A stretch of DNA of 23,891 nt from a candidate division WOR-3 bacterium (GTDB taxonomy: Bacteria > Hydrothermota > Hydrothermia > JBDRYB01): contig JBMFOM010000019.1 of the NCBI GenBank assembly GCA_049969615.1, forward strand, positions 1 to 23,891, written 5' to 3'. The notes beneath the pieces are model-generated. The model made no database searches. It had not been told where the DNA came from and saw only the letters and a list, made by a program, of their open reading frames with translations. Positions within the stretch are counted from its first letter, which is position 1; the number at the start of each line of letters is the position of its first letter. This document shows, one piece after another, positions 1 to 8,762 of the stretch. The position numbers and the translations under genes were made by a program.

Positions 1-13
1 ATCATCTGGTCGC

Positions 14-91
14 TTAGGGTTAGTTTTTTATTTTGAGCGATTGAAGGCCCTAAGGTTAGGGTTTAGTTTTGAGCGAAGAGGGCACCTCAAG
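14..91 (+). repeat. Degenerate direct repeat pair (TTAGGGT..TAG..TTTTGAGCGA..GGC.CCT.AAG)
   Basis: 14-54 ttagggttagttttttattttgagcgattgaaggccctaag and 56-91 ttagggtttagttttgagcgaagagggcacctcaag align with small indels. Confidence 0.55.
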
Positions 92-113
92 AACTGATGG
101 TAGTGAGGCCCTC
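78..113. terminator. Stem-loop just downstream of the Omp85-family gene; possible terminator
   Basis: gagggc (78-83) pairs with gccctc (108-113) and ctca (86-89) with tgag (104-107). It lies 11 nt past the stop at 125. There is no clear U-tract. Confidence 0.3.
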
Positions 114-124
114 CCTAGTTAAGT

Positions 125-1438
125 TTAATACAGAAGTCCGGCCAGGGAAATGTGAAGAAGTCCCCTCTCGCCCAACCCAGCGCTCCTGGCATACATGGCC
201 TCTAGGCCCAGGTTTTTCCCCCTGAGCCTGAGACCACCTCCGTATGAGAACGGAGAGGGCAGATCATTGGCCGGGCACCAATCTAGGAAACCGAAAGGCG
301 AGAAAACGCCCCTGAACCCCAGCTCAGCTGACACGACTGAGTAGTTCTCAAGGAAAAACCTCTCCGGCCTATAGCCCCTTGGCGGGAGATGACCGCCTAT
401 CCGGAATAAATCAGAGACGAGAGTTGGCTTATCCGAACGCAAGAATCCTCCTCTCGTGGACAAGCCAGCGGTCAAAAACAATATGGGAAGGCGCAGGCCG
501 GTTTCCCAACTCGTCCTTTGTAGGGAGGACGAGAGCCTTGAGTCCAAAGAGATCATGAACCCCTTCTCCGGGAATATCCTGGGTCTGAAGCCGGCCCAGG
601 TTCCCCCTGCTAGTAGAAAGAACCCGGATGAGTTCGTGCCCGCATTGAAATCCCTCGCGTCCTGCCAGCTCTGACCGGCCCAAAGCTCTGTCTCTCCGGA
701 GAACGGATAGACCGCCTTGTAGAACACTTCTCTTGTCATATACAGGGATTCCGCAAACGCATATCCTGCTCCTAGCTCCAGCCACAGCGGTCCCCCCAGG
801 ACCCAGGGTTCTCTATATGTCCCGTCTATGCTTTGGGATAGCAATGAGAGCCTTTCCCAGGAGAGCCTTGCACATCTTCCCGTCCCGGCTATGTTAGGCG
901 CGACGAGCTCCAGAAAGCCGAAGGCGTTCCCATCAGAGGGGTCATATGATCCAGAACCGAGAATCGTCATTGATGCCCCACCAGTTCTCTCAACCCTCAT
1001 GATGAATCCCCTCTCACCCAGAGAGAAACCGGAAACCCCGAGCTCCCCAAACCCGAAATCCCTTGCTAAAGAAATAGCCTCAGCGGTTCTCTGTGGGGAA
1101 TAAGGCAGGCCGATGGCTCCGGAGAAACAGCGCCTGAGCGCTGGAGAAGCCTCTCTGCCGTCCACGCTCACATCCCTAAGTATCACCATGGCTCCCCTCT
1201 CCACCCTCATGAAGACCACCGCGCTATCCCCCTTTCTTTCAACTGAAATGACCTGCGCCCTTGCTAGAGGAAAACCCCTCTCCGCGCACCAGGCCAAGGC
1301 CCTTTCGGATAAAGTATCAATGAGGCCCGGCGTCAATTCCCTTCCGATGAGGTCTCGGTATTCCGGAGACGGCGGGCCATCCCCACTCAGGATAAGCCCC
1401 GATAACCAAAGGCTTACAAGAAGAGATAGGATTTCCAC
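125..1438 (-). CDS. Omp85/BamA/TamA-family outer-membrane protein (POTRA-like region plus beta-barrel)
   Basis: 437-aa ORF with GTG start and hydrophobic N-terminus. POTRA-like ERGFPLARA..VERG; barrel-start PNIAGTGR; YREPWVLG; loop-6-like FRIGG..PRGY; amphipathic C-terminal strands. Confidence 0.8.
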   Translation of the reverse strand: MEILSLLVSLWLSGLILSGDGPPSPEYRDLIGRELTPGLIDTLSERALAWCAERGFPLARAQVISVERKGDSAVVFMRVERGAMVILRDVSVDGREASPALRRCFSGAIGLPYSPQRTAEAISLARDFGFGELGVSGFSLGERGFIMRVERTGGASMTILGSGSYDPSDGNAFGFLELVAPNIAGTGRCARLSWERLSLLSQSIDGTYREPWVLGGPLWLELGAGYAFAESLYMTREVFYKAVYPFSGETELWAGQSWQDARDFNAGTNSSGFFLLAGGTWAGFRPRIFPEKGFMISLDSRLSSSLQRTSWETGLRLPILFLTAGLSTRGGFLRSDKPTLVSDLFRIGGHLPPRGYRPERFFLENYSVVSAELGFRGVFSPFGFLDWCPANDLPSPFSYGGGLRLRGKNLGLEAMYARSAGLGERGLLHISLAGLLY

Positions 1439-1941
1439 CTGTCGTCTGGGATGGGTATCTGCGCGAGCAGGAGGTGAATGTGGGTTGGTTTCCTGGGTTT
1501 TCTGAGAAGGCGCATTCCAGCCTGTTCAGGTGTTCTCTCGCCCTTCAGATGGTTGCAAGAGAAACAGGCGCAGACCAGGTTATCCCAATCCTCCTTTCCG
1601 CCCTGTGACCTAGGCACGATGTGATCCACAGTCATCATCTCGCCCCTTGCCCCGCAATACTGACAGGTGTATCCGTCCCTTCTCAGAATGTTCCTTTTCG
1701 TAAGCGGCAGATCGCCCCTTCTGACCCTGACGAAGTATCTGAGCCTTATAACCGATGGCCTGGGTATTGCCGTCCGCTCGCCCCTTATTACCTTGCCGTC
1801 ATAACTGTGGATGAGCTCTGCCTTTCCGAGACAAAGTAGTTCAATTCCTCTCCTAAGACTACACACATTCAGGGGTTCATAGCTCCCGTTCAGCAGGAGG
1901 ACAACCCTCCTCTTCAGTCTATTCCCTGGTATTTCCTCCAT
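1414..1941 (-). CDS. HNH endonuclease (McrA-like, VLLLN.SYEPL family)
   Basis: VLLLNGSYEPL, PSVIRL, TKRNILRRDGYTCQYCG, TVDHIVPRSQGG..WDNLVCACFSCNHLKG. Start is uncertain: ATG 1941 chosen, ORF is open to 1998, and a CTG at 1917 overlapping the upstream stop is possible. Confidence 0.9.
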   Translation of the reverse strand: MEEIPGNRLKRRVVLLLNGSYEPLNVCSLRRGIELLCLGKAELIHSYDGKVIRGERTAIPRPSVIRLRYFVRVRRGDLPLTKRNILRRDGYTCQYCGARGEMMTVDHIVPRSQGGKEDWDNLVCACFSCNHLKGERTPEQAGMRLLRKPRKPTHIHLLLAQIPIPDDRWKSYLFL

Positions 1942-3095
1942 GCCTTGAGCCGGAGCTGCTCCGCTCTCTCCTTCTGTTTTGACGCGTATCCCATCCACCT
2001 GGAGTCTCCAGTTCCAATCGCCATGTTGTAGTAGCTCAGAGCCGCATCGTAGTATTCCAGGGATTCCTTATACTTCTTTTTTGCCCGAAGGGCTTCCGCG
2101 TCGTTCAGGTTTATGTCGCCGAGCATTGAGTATGCTGGCCCTTTTATCTCTGGCCTGTCAGCGTCCGGGCACTTAAGGGCTGTATTTATGAGCTTGGAGG
2201 CCTCACCATAGCGTTTCTGTTCCGCTAGGAAAACGGCCTTCTTCATATATACGGATGCCACCGAATCGGCCAGGGTGCAGGCTTTGGTGTAATCAGCCTC
2301 CGCGTTCTTGTTTTTGCCGAGCCCGGCGTATACGTCCCCCCTCTGGATGTATAGGATGTACCTGGTGGAGTCGTTCCCTATGAGCCAGTTAGAGTGTTCC
2401 AGCGCCTTGTTCAGGTTGTCCTTTCCGCCGACCTTCATGTAGCTTTCAAGGAGCTTGGCGTGGAGTTCCTCGTTATCCTTGATGGTTTCGTATGCCTTCT
2501 CCAGATATGGAATGGCTCCCTTGTAATCGCCCCTGTCCACCAGAAAGAGACCATAGGCCCTGTTGATTGCTGGATTGGCCGGATCTTTAGAGAGCGCGTC
2601 GCGATAGATTGAGTCCGCCTCAGCCTTCTTGCCTGATTGCTCGTAGGCCTTCGCGAGACCAAACCTCGCATCGTTGTTGTTCGGATCAAGCTCAATGGCC
2701 TTATGATAATATATACTGGCCTTTTCTATGTCCTTCTTGACTATGCCATACATGAAGCCGAGTCCCTGCCAGCCGCGGGTATCCTTCGGATCAATCTTGG
2801 ATATGGCCTCGTATGCCATTTCCGCTGAGTCCGCTATCCCCTTCTGAATATAGGCCCAGCCCAGATCAACATATATGTCAGTGAAAGAGGAGTCGTAGCC
2901 GAGGGCTCGCTGGAAGTTTTCTATTGCTTTGTCGGGGTTCTCTTTGTTTATCAGGTAGTCCTTGCCTATTGAATACCAGACCTTGGCCGAATCCCTCGCC
3001 ACATCAGGGGGCAGTTTGATCCTTGTGGGTTCCTTCGGGCCTGGTGTGCAAGACAGCGCCAAAATCAGTAATGTCAAGATGATGTAAAACCTCAT
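1914..3095 (-). CDS. TPR-repeat lipoprotein
   Basis: Lipobox LALSC after a hydrophobic h-region. Multiple TPR-like repeats (KAIENFQRAL, YYHKAIELDPNN..A.FGLA, ALSKDPAN). Confidence 0.9.
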   Translation of the reverse strand: MRFYIILTLLILALSCTPGPKEPTRIKLPPDVARDSAKVWYSIGKDYLINKENPDKAIENFQRALGYDSSFTDIYVDLGWAYIQKGIADSAEMAYEAISKIDPKDTRGWQGLGFMYGIVKKDIEKASIYYHKAIELDPNNNDARFGLAKAYEQSGKKAEADSIYRDALSKDPANPAINRAYGLFLVDRGDYKGAIPYLEKAYETIKDNEELHAKLLESYMKVGGKDNLNKALEHSNWLIGNDSTRYILYIQRGDVYAGLGKNKNAEADYTKACTLADSVASVYMKKAVFLAEQKRYGEASKLINTALKCPDADRPEIKGPAYSMLGDINLNDAEALRAKKKYKESLEYYDAALSYYNMAIGTGDSRWMGYASKQKERAEQLRLKAWRKYQGID

Positions 3096-3120
3096 GGCTC
3101 TTTCTCTCCGTGTCAGAGAA

Positions 3121-3150
3121 ATTTTAAGGCCATAGCGTGTTGGTTTTCAA
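3121..3150 (-). promoter_or_regulatory. Putative sigma70-type promoter of the TPR-HNH-Omp85 operon
   Basis: Minus-strand TTGAAA (3145-3150), 18-nt spacer, TAAAAT (3121-3126). A purine-rich GGAGAGAAAGAG precedes ATG 3095. Confidence 0.55.
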
Positions 3151-3270
3151 ACACCGATGGGCCTCGTAATAAGCTCCGAGTCATCCCTTTGGCCTCTGAT
3201 AAACGAGATTTATTGGGAGAATGTCGGGCTTGTTAAGGGAATGGTTTAAGGCCCCCCGTGCGTATTGAGA

Positions 3271-4806
3271 TTATGGGAGGAGGATTTTGTCCGGTTCCAC
3301 CTCAAGCAGCTCGGCCAGGCCTGGTTCCTTGACGACCGGCATGAGGAGCCTGCCGGATTTGGCCTTCTTGTCGTGCGCTATGAGCGCGCGGGCCGCTCTG
3401 GGGTCAAAACCTTCAGGCAGTTCAACCGGGAGCCCGTGTATAGAAAGGGTATCCCGCAGTTCGTCCAGCAGAGATTCCGGGGTTATCCCCATTCCGACCC
3501 CGATCTGCGCTTCCTTTACCATGCCGATGGAAACCGCATGGCCGTGCGAAAGGCCCAGGCTCAGCTCAAGCGCGTGTCCTATGGTGTGGCCGTAATTTAG
3601 GATGTGTCTCCGGCCCCTGTCAAGAGGATCCTCCCTGACAATTGCGAGCTTTGTTATCCCAGCTAGCCTAACTACCTTGCCGAGCGAGGCGAGCTCGCGG
3701 CGCGCTATGCCACCTTTTTCCGCCCGGATGGTATCCCAGAGCTCGCGAGAGGCGACCAGTCCGGTCTTTATGGCCTCTGCCATGCCATCAGCAAATTCTT
3801 CCCTGCCGAGACTGATTGCGAAGACCGTGTCGGCGATCACGCGTTCCGGAAAGTGAAATGTGCCGATAAGGTTCTTAACCCTGCCGAGATTCAGAGCATT
3901 TTTGCCCCCGAGCGAGGAATCAACCATGGCCAGGAGTGTTGTGGGAACCTGGATGAATGGGGTGCCCCTCATGTATGTTGAGGCGACGAAACCCGCAAGA
4001 TCGCCAACCGAACCCCCGCCAAGGGCCATCACCGGAGTATACCTGTCCGCGGCCAGGGTCTTCATGCCCCTCCATGCCCTCTGCGCCTCAGTGAGGGTTT
4101 TTGATGCCTCGCCACCAGGGAGTATGTGAACCGACAGGAGACCGAGGGGCCTCAGATCATCGGCAATCCCCTTGCCATAATTGGCCCACACCCGCTTGTC
4201 GGTCACCAGGAAAAACCTTTTGTATCCGCCCTCGCGCATGATATCAGCGAGTCTCCGTGATGCCCCCATTCCAACCAGAAAGCCCTCCTCGGCCTTCACG
4301 AAGTCCGGTTCCAAAAGCCAGATTACCTCCGCGGCAACCTGGGAGGGGGTTTTGCCGTCAACCCTGATGCTATGGCTTGCCCTCTGATAAAATGCCTTCC
4401 TAGCGCGCAAAATGTCAGCCAGATTGCCCGGGCCACCAGAAAGCAACGGTCTTTCGCCGGAGCCGGTGACATGCCTGCTCAGGGTGGAGACAGAGGCCTC
4501 AAGATAGACCGAAATGGAACCATCGTTTTCCATGACCCTCCAGTTCTCGCTTGCCAGAACAGCACCGCCACCAGTCGCAACTACCACATTCTCCTTTTCA
4601 CCGGCCCTTGCAACAGCCTCCTTTTCCGCCTCCCTGAAGAAGGCCTCTCCCTTCCGGGATAATATTTCCGGTATGCTCATTCCAATCGCCTCTGTCAGCA
4701 TCGCGTCCGTGTCCAGAAAATCCCACCCGAGCGCCTCCGCGACGCGCCTGCCCACAGTGGATTTTCCTGCTCCCATCATGCCGACCAGAAATATCCTGCG
4801 TGTCAT
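3271..4806 (-). CDS. aroKB: Bifunctional shikimate kinase / 3-dehydroquinate synthase (AroK-AroB fusion)
   Basis: Kinase: GMMGAGKS, DTD, GEAFFR..E, ATGGG, RPLL. Synthase: GGEASK, GGGSVGDLAGFVASTYMRG, PTTLLAMVDSSLGGKNA, EAIKTG, LNYGHTIGHALE, HGHAV, DKK. ATGA overlap with the aroE stop. Confidence 0.95.
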   Translation of the reverse strand: MTRRIFLVGMMGAGKSTVGRRVAEALGWDFLDTDAMLTEAIGMSIPEILSRKGEAFFREAEKEAVARAGEKENVVVATGGGAVLASENWRVMENDGSISVYLEASVSTLSRHVTGSGERPLLSGGPGNLADILRARKAFYQRASHSIRVDGKTPSQVAAEVIWLLEPDFVKAEEGFLVGMGASRRLADIMREGGYKRFFLVTDKRVWANYGKGIADDLRPLGLLSVHILPGGEASKTLTEAQRAWRGMKTLAADRYTPVMALGGGSVGDLAGFVASTYMRGTPFIQVPTTLLAMVDSSLGGKNALNLGRVKNLIGTFHFPERVIADTVFAISLGREEFADGMAEAIKTGLVASRELWDTIRAEKGGIARRELASLGKVVRLAGITKLAIVREDPLDRGRRHILNYGHTIGHALELSLGLSHGHAVSIGMVKEAQIGVGMGITPESLLDELRDTLSIHGLPVELPEGFDPRAARALIAHDKKAKSGRLLMPVVKEPGLAELLEVEPDKILLP

Positions 4807-5549
4807 AGGATTCCAATGTCCCTCGCGGCCGAGATGAGCCTATCGGCCCACTCTCCGAATTCTCCGCCCAGCCAAAGAACCAGCGAGGCCGCGGCCTGGC
4901 CGATGAGGATGAGGAGTCCATCAGAATAGGCCGCGGGGCTTCCGGCTAACGAAACCCTCAGCGCACCTGCCCTTTCCCCGTAGTTCATGTCCAGGACAAA
5001 ATTATGTTGCATGAGAAATTCTGGCGGCAACAAGCTGGTTCCAGGTGGCGCCGCGTTTATTATGAGTTGGTGATCCTCAAGAATTCCGGGCGCGAGATTC
5101 TCACGGGTGATCCTTCCGGGCCCAGCCCGCCTGCTCAGGAATAGAAACCTTACTCCCTTTGATTGGAGAGCAAAGGCCGCGGCCCTGGCGCCCGGCCCCG
5201 TGCCCACAATTAGCGCCCTATCCGGCCTCAGTCCTATGTGATCCATGGCGAATAGGATACCTGCCCAGTCAGTATTGTGGCCTTCCCAGGAATCCGCTCG
5301 CCTAACCGCGCAGTTGACGCCGTTTATCTCTCTCGCATCAGAGGAGACGCCGTCCATGAAGGGGATTATGGCCTCCTTAAGGGGGGTGGTTATGTTGAGA
5401 CCAGAATAATGGTTTGCCTGGGTGTTCATGAAAGATCTCAGGCCAGATGCCCCCATCTCCCTGGCGTGATAATCAAGGCCGAGTCTCGCCATCAGGGTTG
5501 GAGAGAGGCTGTGAGAGACAGGTGAACCAAGGAGCGCGTATCTGGCCAC
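4803..5549 (-). CDS. aroE: Shikimate dehydrogenase (divergent)
   Basis: LLGSPVSHSLSP, GLNITTPLKE, GHNTD, GTGPGARA, DMNY, DGL..LIGQA. Start placed at GTG 5549, 6 nt after TATAAT; the ORF track starts at 5567. Confidence 0.9.
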   Translation of the reverse strand: MARYALLGSPVSHSLSPTLMARLGLDYHAREMGASGLRSFMNTQANHYSGLNITTPLKEAIIPFMDGVSSDAREINGVNCAVRRADSWEGHNTDWAGILFAMDHIGLRPDRALIVGTGPGARAAAFALQSKGVRFLFLSRRAGPGRITRENLAPGILEDHQLIINAAPPGTSLLPPEFLMQHNFVLDMNYGERAGALRVSLAGSPAAYSDGLLILIGQAAASLVLWLGGEFGEWADRLISAARDIGIL

Positions 5550-5567
5550 CGCGAAATTATAACCCAC
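5550..5567 (-). promoter_or_regulatory. -10 element of a probable leaderless promoter (aroE)
   Basis: GTGGGT-TATAAT(5556-5561)-TTCGCG-GTG. Confidence 0.65.
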
Positions 5568-5590
5568 CTCCTGTGCGGGATCATGTATTT

Positions 5591-5608
5591 GAGAAACCCA
5601 TGAAAAAT
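5591..5608 (+). repeat. Repeat copy A, GAGAAACCCATGAAAAAT
   Basis: 5593-5608 is the perfect 16-nt inverse of 5687-5702. 5591-5608 matches 8750-8767 at 17/18 in direct orientation. Confidence 0.85.
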
Positions 5609-5671
5609 TACGGTTTGGCCTTGGCTCCTATCCGGGAACCCCATCATGACAATAAAGAAACACTGAGGAAA

Positions 5672-5702
5672 TTCTCTCGTGGCGGGATTTTTCATGGGTT
5701 TC
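5672..5702 (-). repeat. Repeat copy B, GAAACCCATGAAAAATCCCGCCACGAGAGAA
   Basis: The reverse complement matches 8752-8782 at 27/31 positions. Confidence 0.85.
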
Positions 5703-5846
5703 ATAGCATCTTCACCGAGGCCTTGCTCTGCCTTGACCGATTGCGAGGAGAATACGCTAAGCTCTTGTGCCCCAAGAACTTACAGGCTATCCTAAATCAG
5801 ACCTTACACCTGGTAGGTGGGAATATATGAAAGCTCAGGGAACCTG

Positions 5847-5881
5847 CCCCTTGACAGTCCACGCGAAAAGGCTTATATATT
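5847..5881 (+). promoter_or_regulatory. Promoter of the Hsp100/Clp gene
   Basis: CCCC-TTGACA (5851-5856), then TATATA at 17-nt spacing (5874-5879) or TATATT at 19-nt spacing (5876-5881). SD AAGGAG at 5915-5920 precedes ATG 5928. Confidence 0.7.
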
Positions 5882-5927
5882 ATACCTTTCCAATAGACAA
5901 TACCTAACAGGGGAAAGGAGAAAGATC

Positions 5928-8762
5928 ATGTATAGAAGCATAAAAGGAAAAACCTTATCACAAAAGGTCCAGGCCATCATTGAACTGGCCAAGGCCGCGG
6001 CCAGAGAAACGGGTGAGGGCTATGCAGACACGGATCACTTGCTCTCTGCCCTTTTTTCCTATGGAGAGAACAACCCGTTCCTCAAATGGATTGAGAAAAG
6101 GGGAATTCCCCCCACGGCCGCGAAGGAACAAGTCAGAGGAGTTATAGAGAGCCTCAGATCCAGACTTGATAGCCTTGCTCGTTCATACCAGAACGCCATA
6201 CGTGGCATTATGGACAGCATTAGGTCCCGTTTTCCACGCTCCTTCGCGGAGAGATCAATATCCGTTCTTCTTGATGTCACCGAGCGGGAGCTGGAAGCAA
6301 GGCTAATGGGCCGACCATCGGACGATTACACCTCAATGAGACTGCAGAGGTGGGCACCTTCCAGGAGGAGGGTTTCGGGCGATATATTCTCCCTGTTTGA
6401 GGACTTCTTCGGCGAATCGGCCGAGAGGGGATGGAGTCTCAGGGAGGAGGTAGTCAGGGTCCCCAGGTCACTCGTCAACAGGATAAGGGAGGCTGGCGCC
6501 ACGACCGGCGTCCACGCGGAGGATTCGGATATTGTTCTAGCGGAGCTAGCCGACGCACACGAGAAGCTCTTGGATTCCCTTTCGGAGCTGGCTGGTCATG
6601 GGATTGATCCCAGGCGAATAATCACCAGGATAAGAAAGGAGCTCATAGGGAAGGAACCGGACGAGATAAAATTGTCTCGGATGACGACCAGGGTGATGGA
6701 GGCCGCAGCAGATCAGGCTTCTGATACCATCAAGGTCAATGACCTCGCGGCCGCGCTCATGGCATTCACGGACACAGCCGGAGGCAATATCCTCTCTCAG
6801 ATAGCTCAGGCGACCGGGGAATCCAAGAGTCCGGAGAGGGCAAAGGCTGAGATGGCCGAAGAGGAACGTTCAAATCTTGAGCGTTTTACCAGGGACCTAA
6901 CAGCCCTGGCAAGGGAGGGTAAGCTTGATCCCGTTATAGGCCGAGAATCAGAGATAACCCAGGTTATGGAAGTTCTCACCAGGCGCCAGAAGAACAACCC
7001 CGTCCTGGTTGGCGAGGCTGGCGTTGGCAAGACTGCAATAGCAGAGGGGCTGGCGCAAAAGATAGCCGGAGGCTCGGTTCCTCCCGCCCTTCTTGGCAAG
7101 AGAATTCTCTCTCTGGACATGGGTGCGCTGGTTGCAGGAACCCGCTACCGGGGTGATTTTGAGGAGAGGATAAAGGGCGTCCTTGACGAGGCAAAAGCCG
7201 ACGGGAATGTAATTCTCTTCATAGATGAGATACACAACCTGGTTGGGGCCGGAAGGGCCGAGGGTTCAATGGACGCGGCGAACCTCCTGAAGCCCGCGCT
7301 CGCGAGGGGAGACTTTCAGGTAATAGGTGCGACCACACCGGACGAATACCGTCAGTATATAGAAAAGGACAGCGCTCTTGAGCGCCGTTTTCAGATGGTT
7401 TGGGTTTCCGAACCCTCACCGGAGACCACATTGCAGATACTCCGAGGATTGCGTCCCAGATATGAGAAACACCATGGTGTCAGGTTCGCCGACGATGCCC
7501 TGGAAGCCGCAGTTCGCCTTACTGATCGCTATGTTCAGGCGAGGCACCAGCCTGACAAAGCCATAGACGCGCTTGATCAGGCCGGTTCCCGTGTAAGGAT
7601 AAGGGCCGGTGCGCTGACGGTCGAGGGTGGCGAGCTCGCTGAACTTAAAGCTCGTCTCGCTGAGGCCGAAGAGGCAGAGGACGCGGAGAAAGAGGCAGAC
7701 CTGAGGAGGCGCATAGCAGAGCTGGAAAAGCGCGGTTCCGACAGGGCCGATGGCCTCGTTGTGAGCGCGGAAGATGTGGCTCAGGTCGTTTCCGCGTGGA
7801 CCGGTATCCCCGTGTCTAGGCTTGTTGAGGAGGAGAAACAGCGCCTGCTTGAGATAGAGAAAGCCCTCCACTCCAGGGTAGTGGCCCAGGACGAGGCCGT
7901 AAGGAGGGTTGCCGAGGCCATAAGGCGCTCGCGGGCCGGCGTCTCAGACCCCAAGAGGCCCATGGGGAGTTTCCTCTTTCTCGGCCCTACTGGCGTTGGC
8001 AAGACCGAGCTCGCCAGGGCTCTGGCTGAGTTTCTCTTTGGAGACGAGGATTCCATGATTCGCCTTGACATGAGTGAGTTCAAGGAGGAACATTCGGTCG
8101 CCAAGCTCATCGGTTCTCCACCCGGCTATGTGGGTTACGAGGAGGGCGGAAAGCTCACCGAAGCCGTCAGGCGCAGGCCATATACGGTCCTACTTCTGGA
8201 CGAGGTTGAAAAGGCGCACCCCAGGGTCTTCGATCTGTTCCTCCAGGTCCTTGATGACGGTAGGCTCACGGATGCCCATGGCCGGACGGTTTCCCTCAGA
8301 AACGCGGTCATAATAATGACCTCAAACATAGGTTCCTTCTATCTCCAGGAGGCTCTCAAGAGGGATTCAGAGGATGCCTTTTCCGAGGCAGAGGCAAGGG
8401 TTATTGAGGAGGTCAAGCACTCCTTTAGGCCCGAGTTCCTCAACAGGATAGACGATATAGTGGTTTTCAGGCCGCTGACCAGGGATCAGATAAAAGCCAT
8501 AGTTGACCTCATGATCGCCAGGCTGAACAAGCGTCTCCTGGAGCAAGGGTTTTCCGTTGAGCTTTCGGCTGAGGCGCGGGATTGGCTCGCTGACCGTGGC
8601 TATGAGCCGTCTCAGGGAGCGAGGCCCCTTCGGAGGCTCATTCAGAGGGAGATAGAGAACAGGCTTTCGGAAATGATCCTCAAAGATGAGCTGAAGGAAG
8701 GAGATACGGTTATCGTGAACGTTGAAGAGGGCCACCTAATTTTGAAAAAGAGAAACCCCTGA
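5928..8762 (+). CDS. Class I Hsp100/Clp AAA+ ATPase (ClpB/ClpC-like) with atypical N- and M-domains
   Basis: NBD1: [42 protein letters not shown]2: [47 protein letters not shown]. Start moved to ATG 5928 (944 aa) on SD and promoter evidence. Confidence 0.95.
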   Translation: MYRSIKGKTLSQKVQAIIELAKAAARETGEGYADTDHLLSALFSYGENNPFLKWIEKRGIPPTAAKEQVRGVIESLRSRLDSLARSYQNAIRGIMDSIRSRFPRSFAERSISVLLDVTERELEARLMGRPSDDYTSMRLQRWAPSRRRVSGDIFSLFEDFFGESAERGWSLREEVVRVPRSLVNRIREAGATTGVHAEDSDIVLAELADAHEKLLDSLSELAGHGIDPRRIITRIRKELIGKEPDEIKLSRMTTRVMEAAADQASDTIKVNDLAAALMAFTDTAGGNILSQIAQATGESKSPERAKAEMAEEERSNLERFTRDLTALAREGKLDPVIGRESEITQVMEVLTRRQKNNPVLVGEAGVGKTAIAEGLAQKIAGGSVPPALLGKRILSLDMGALVAGTRYRGDFEERIKGVLDEAKADGNVILFIDEIHNLVGAGRAEGSMDAANLLKPALARGDFQVIGATTPDEYRQYIEKDSALERRFQMVWVSEPSPETTLQILRGLRPRYEKHHGVRFADDALEAAVRLTDRYVQARHQPDKAIDALDQAGSRVRIRAGALTVEGGELAELKARLAEAEEAEDAEKEADLRRRIAELEKRGSDRADGLVVSAEDVAQVVSAWTGIPVSRLVEEEKQRLLEIEKALHSRVVAQDEAVRRVAEAIRRSRAGVSDPKRPMGSFLFLGPTGVGKTELARALAEFLFGDEDSMIRLDMSEFKEEHSVAKLIGSPPGYVGYEEGGKLTEAVRRRPYTVLLLDEVEKAHPRVFDLFLQVLDDGRLTDAHGRTVSLRNAVIIMTSNIGSFYLQEALKRDSEDAFSEAEARVIEEVKHSFRPEFLNRIDDIVVFRPLTRDQIKAIVDLMIARLNKRLLEQGFSVELSAEARDWLADRGYEPSQGARPLRRLIQREIENRLSEMILKDELKEGDTVIVNVEEGHLILKKRNP

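Noticed and set aside
14-66. TTAGGG-like telomeric hexamers
   Set aside because: Only two isolated copies in a bacterial intergenic region; they are part of a local duplication.
78-115. Fluoride riboswitch-like words (CTGATGG, TGAGGCCC)
   Set aside because: The elements are in the wrong order, and the site lies 3' of a gene with no fitting downstream target.
3103-3114. 12-mer TCTCTCCGTGTC shared with 21645-21656
   Set aside because: Exact 12-mer matches are expected by chance in 24 kb, and the match does not extend.
5447-5830. ORFs 5447-5830 (+) and 5492-5704 (-)
   Set aside because: They have no recognisable motifs and run across promoter and repeat elements; probably spurious.
5817-5927. 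37-aa N-terminal extension of the Hsp100 ORF
   Set aside because: It spans the gene's own promoter and SD; ATG 5928 is better supported.
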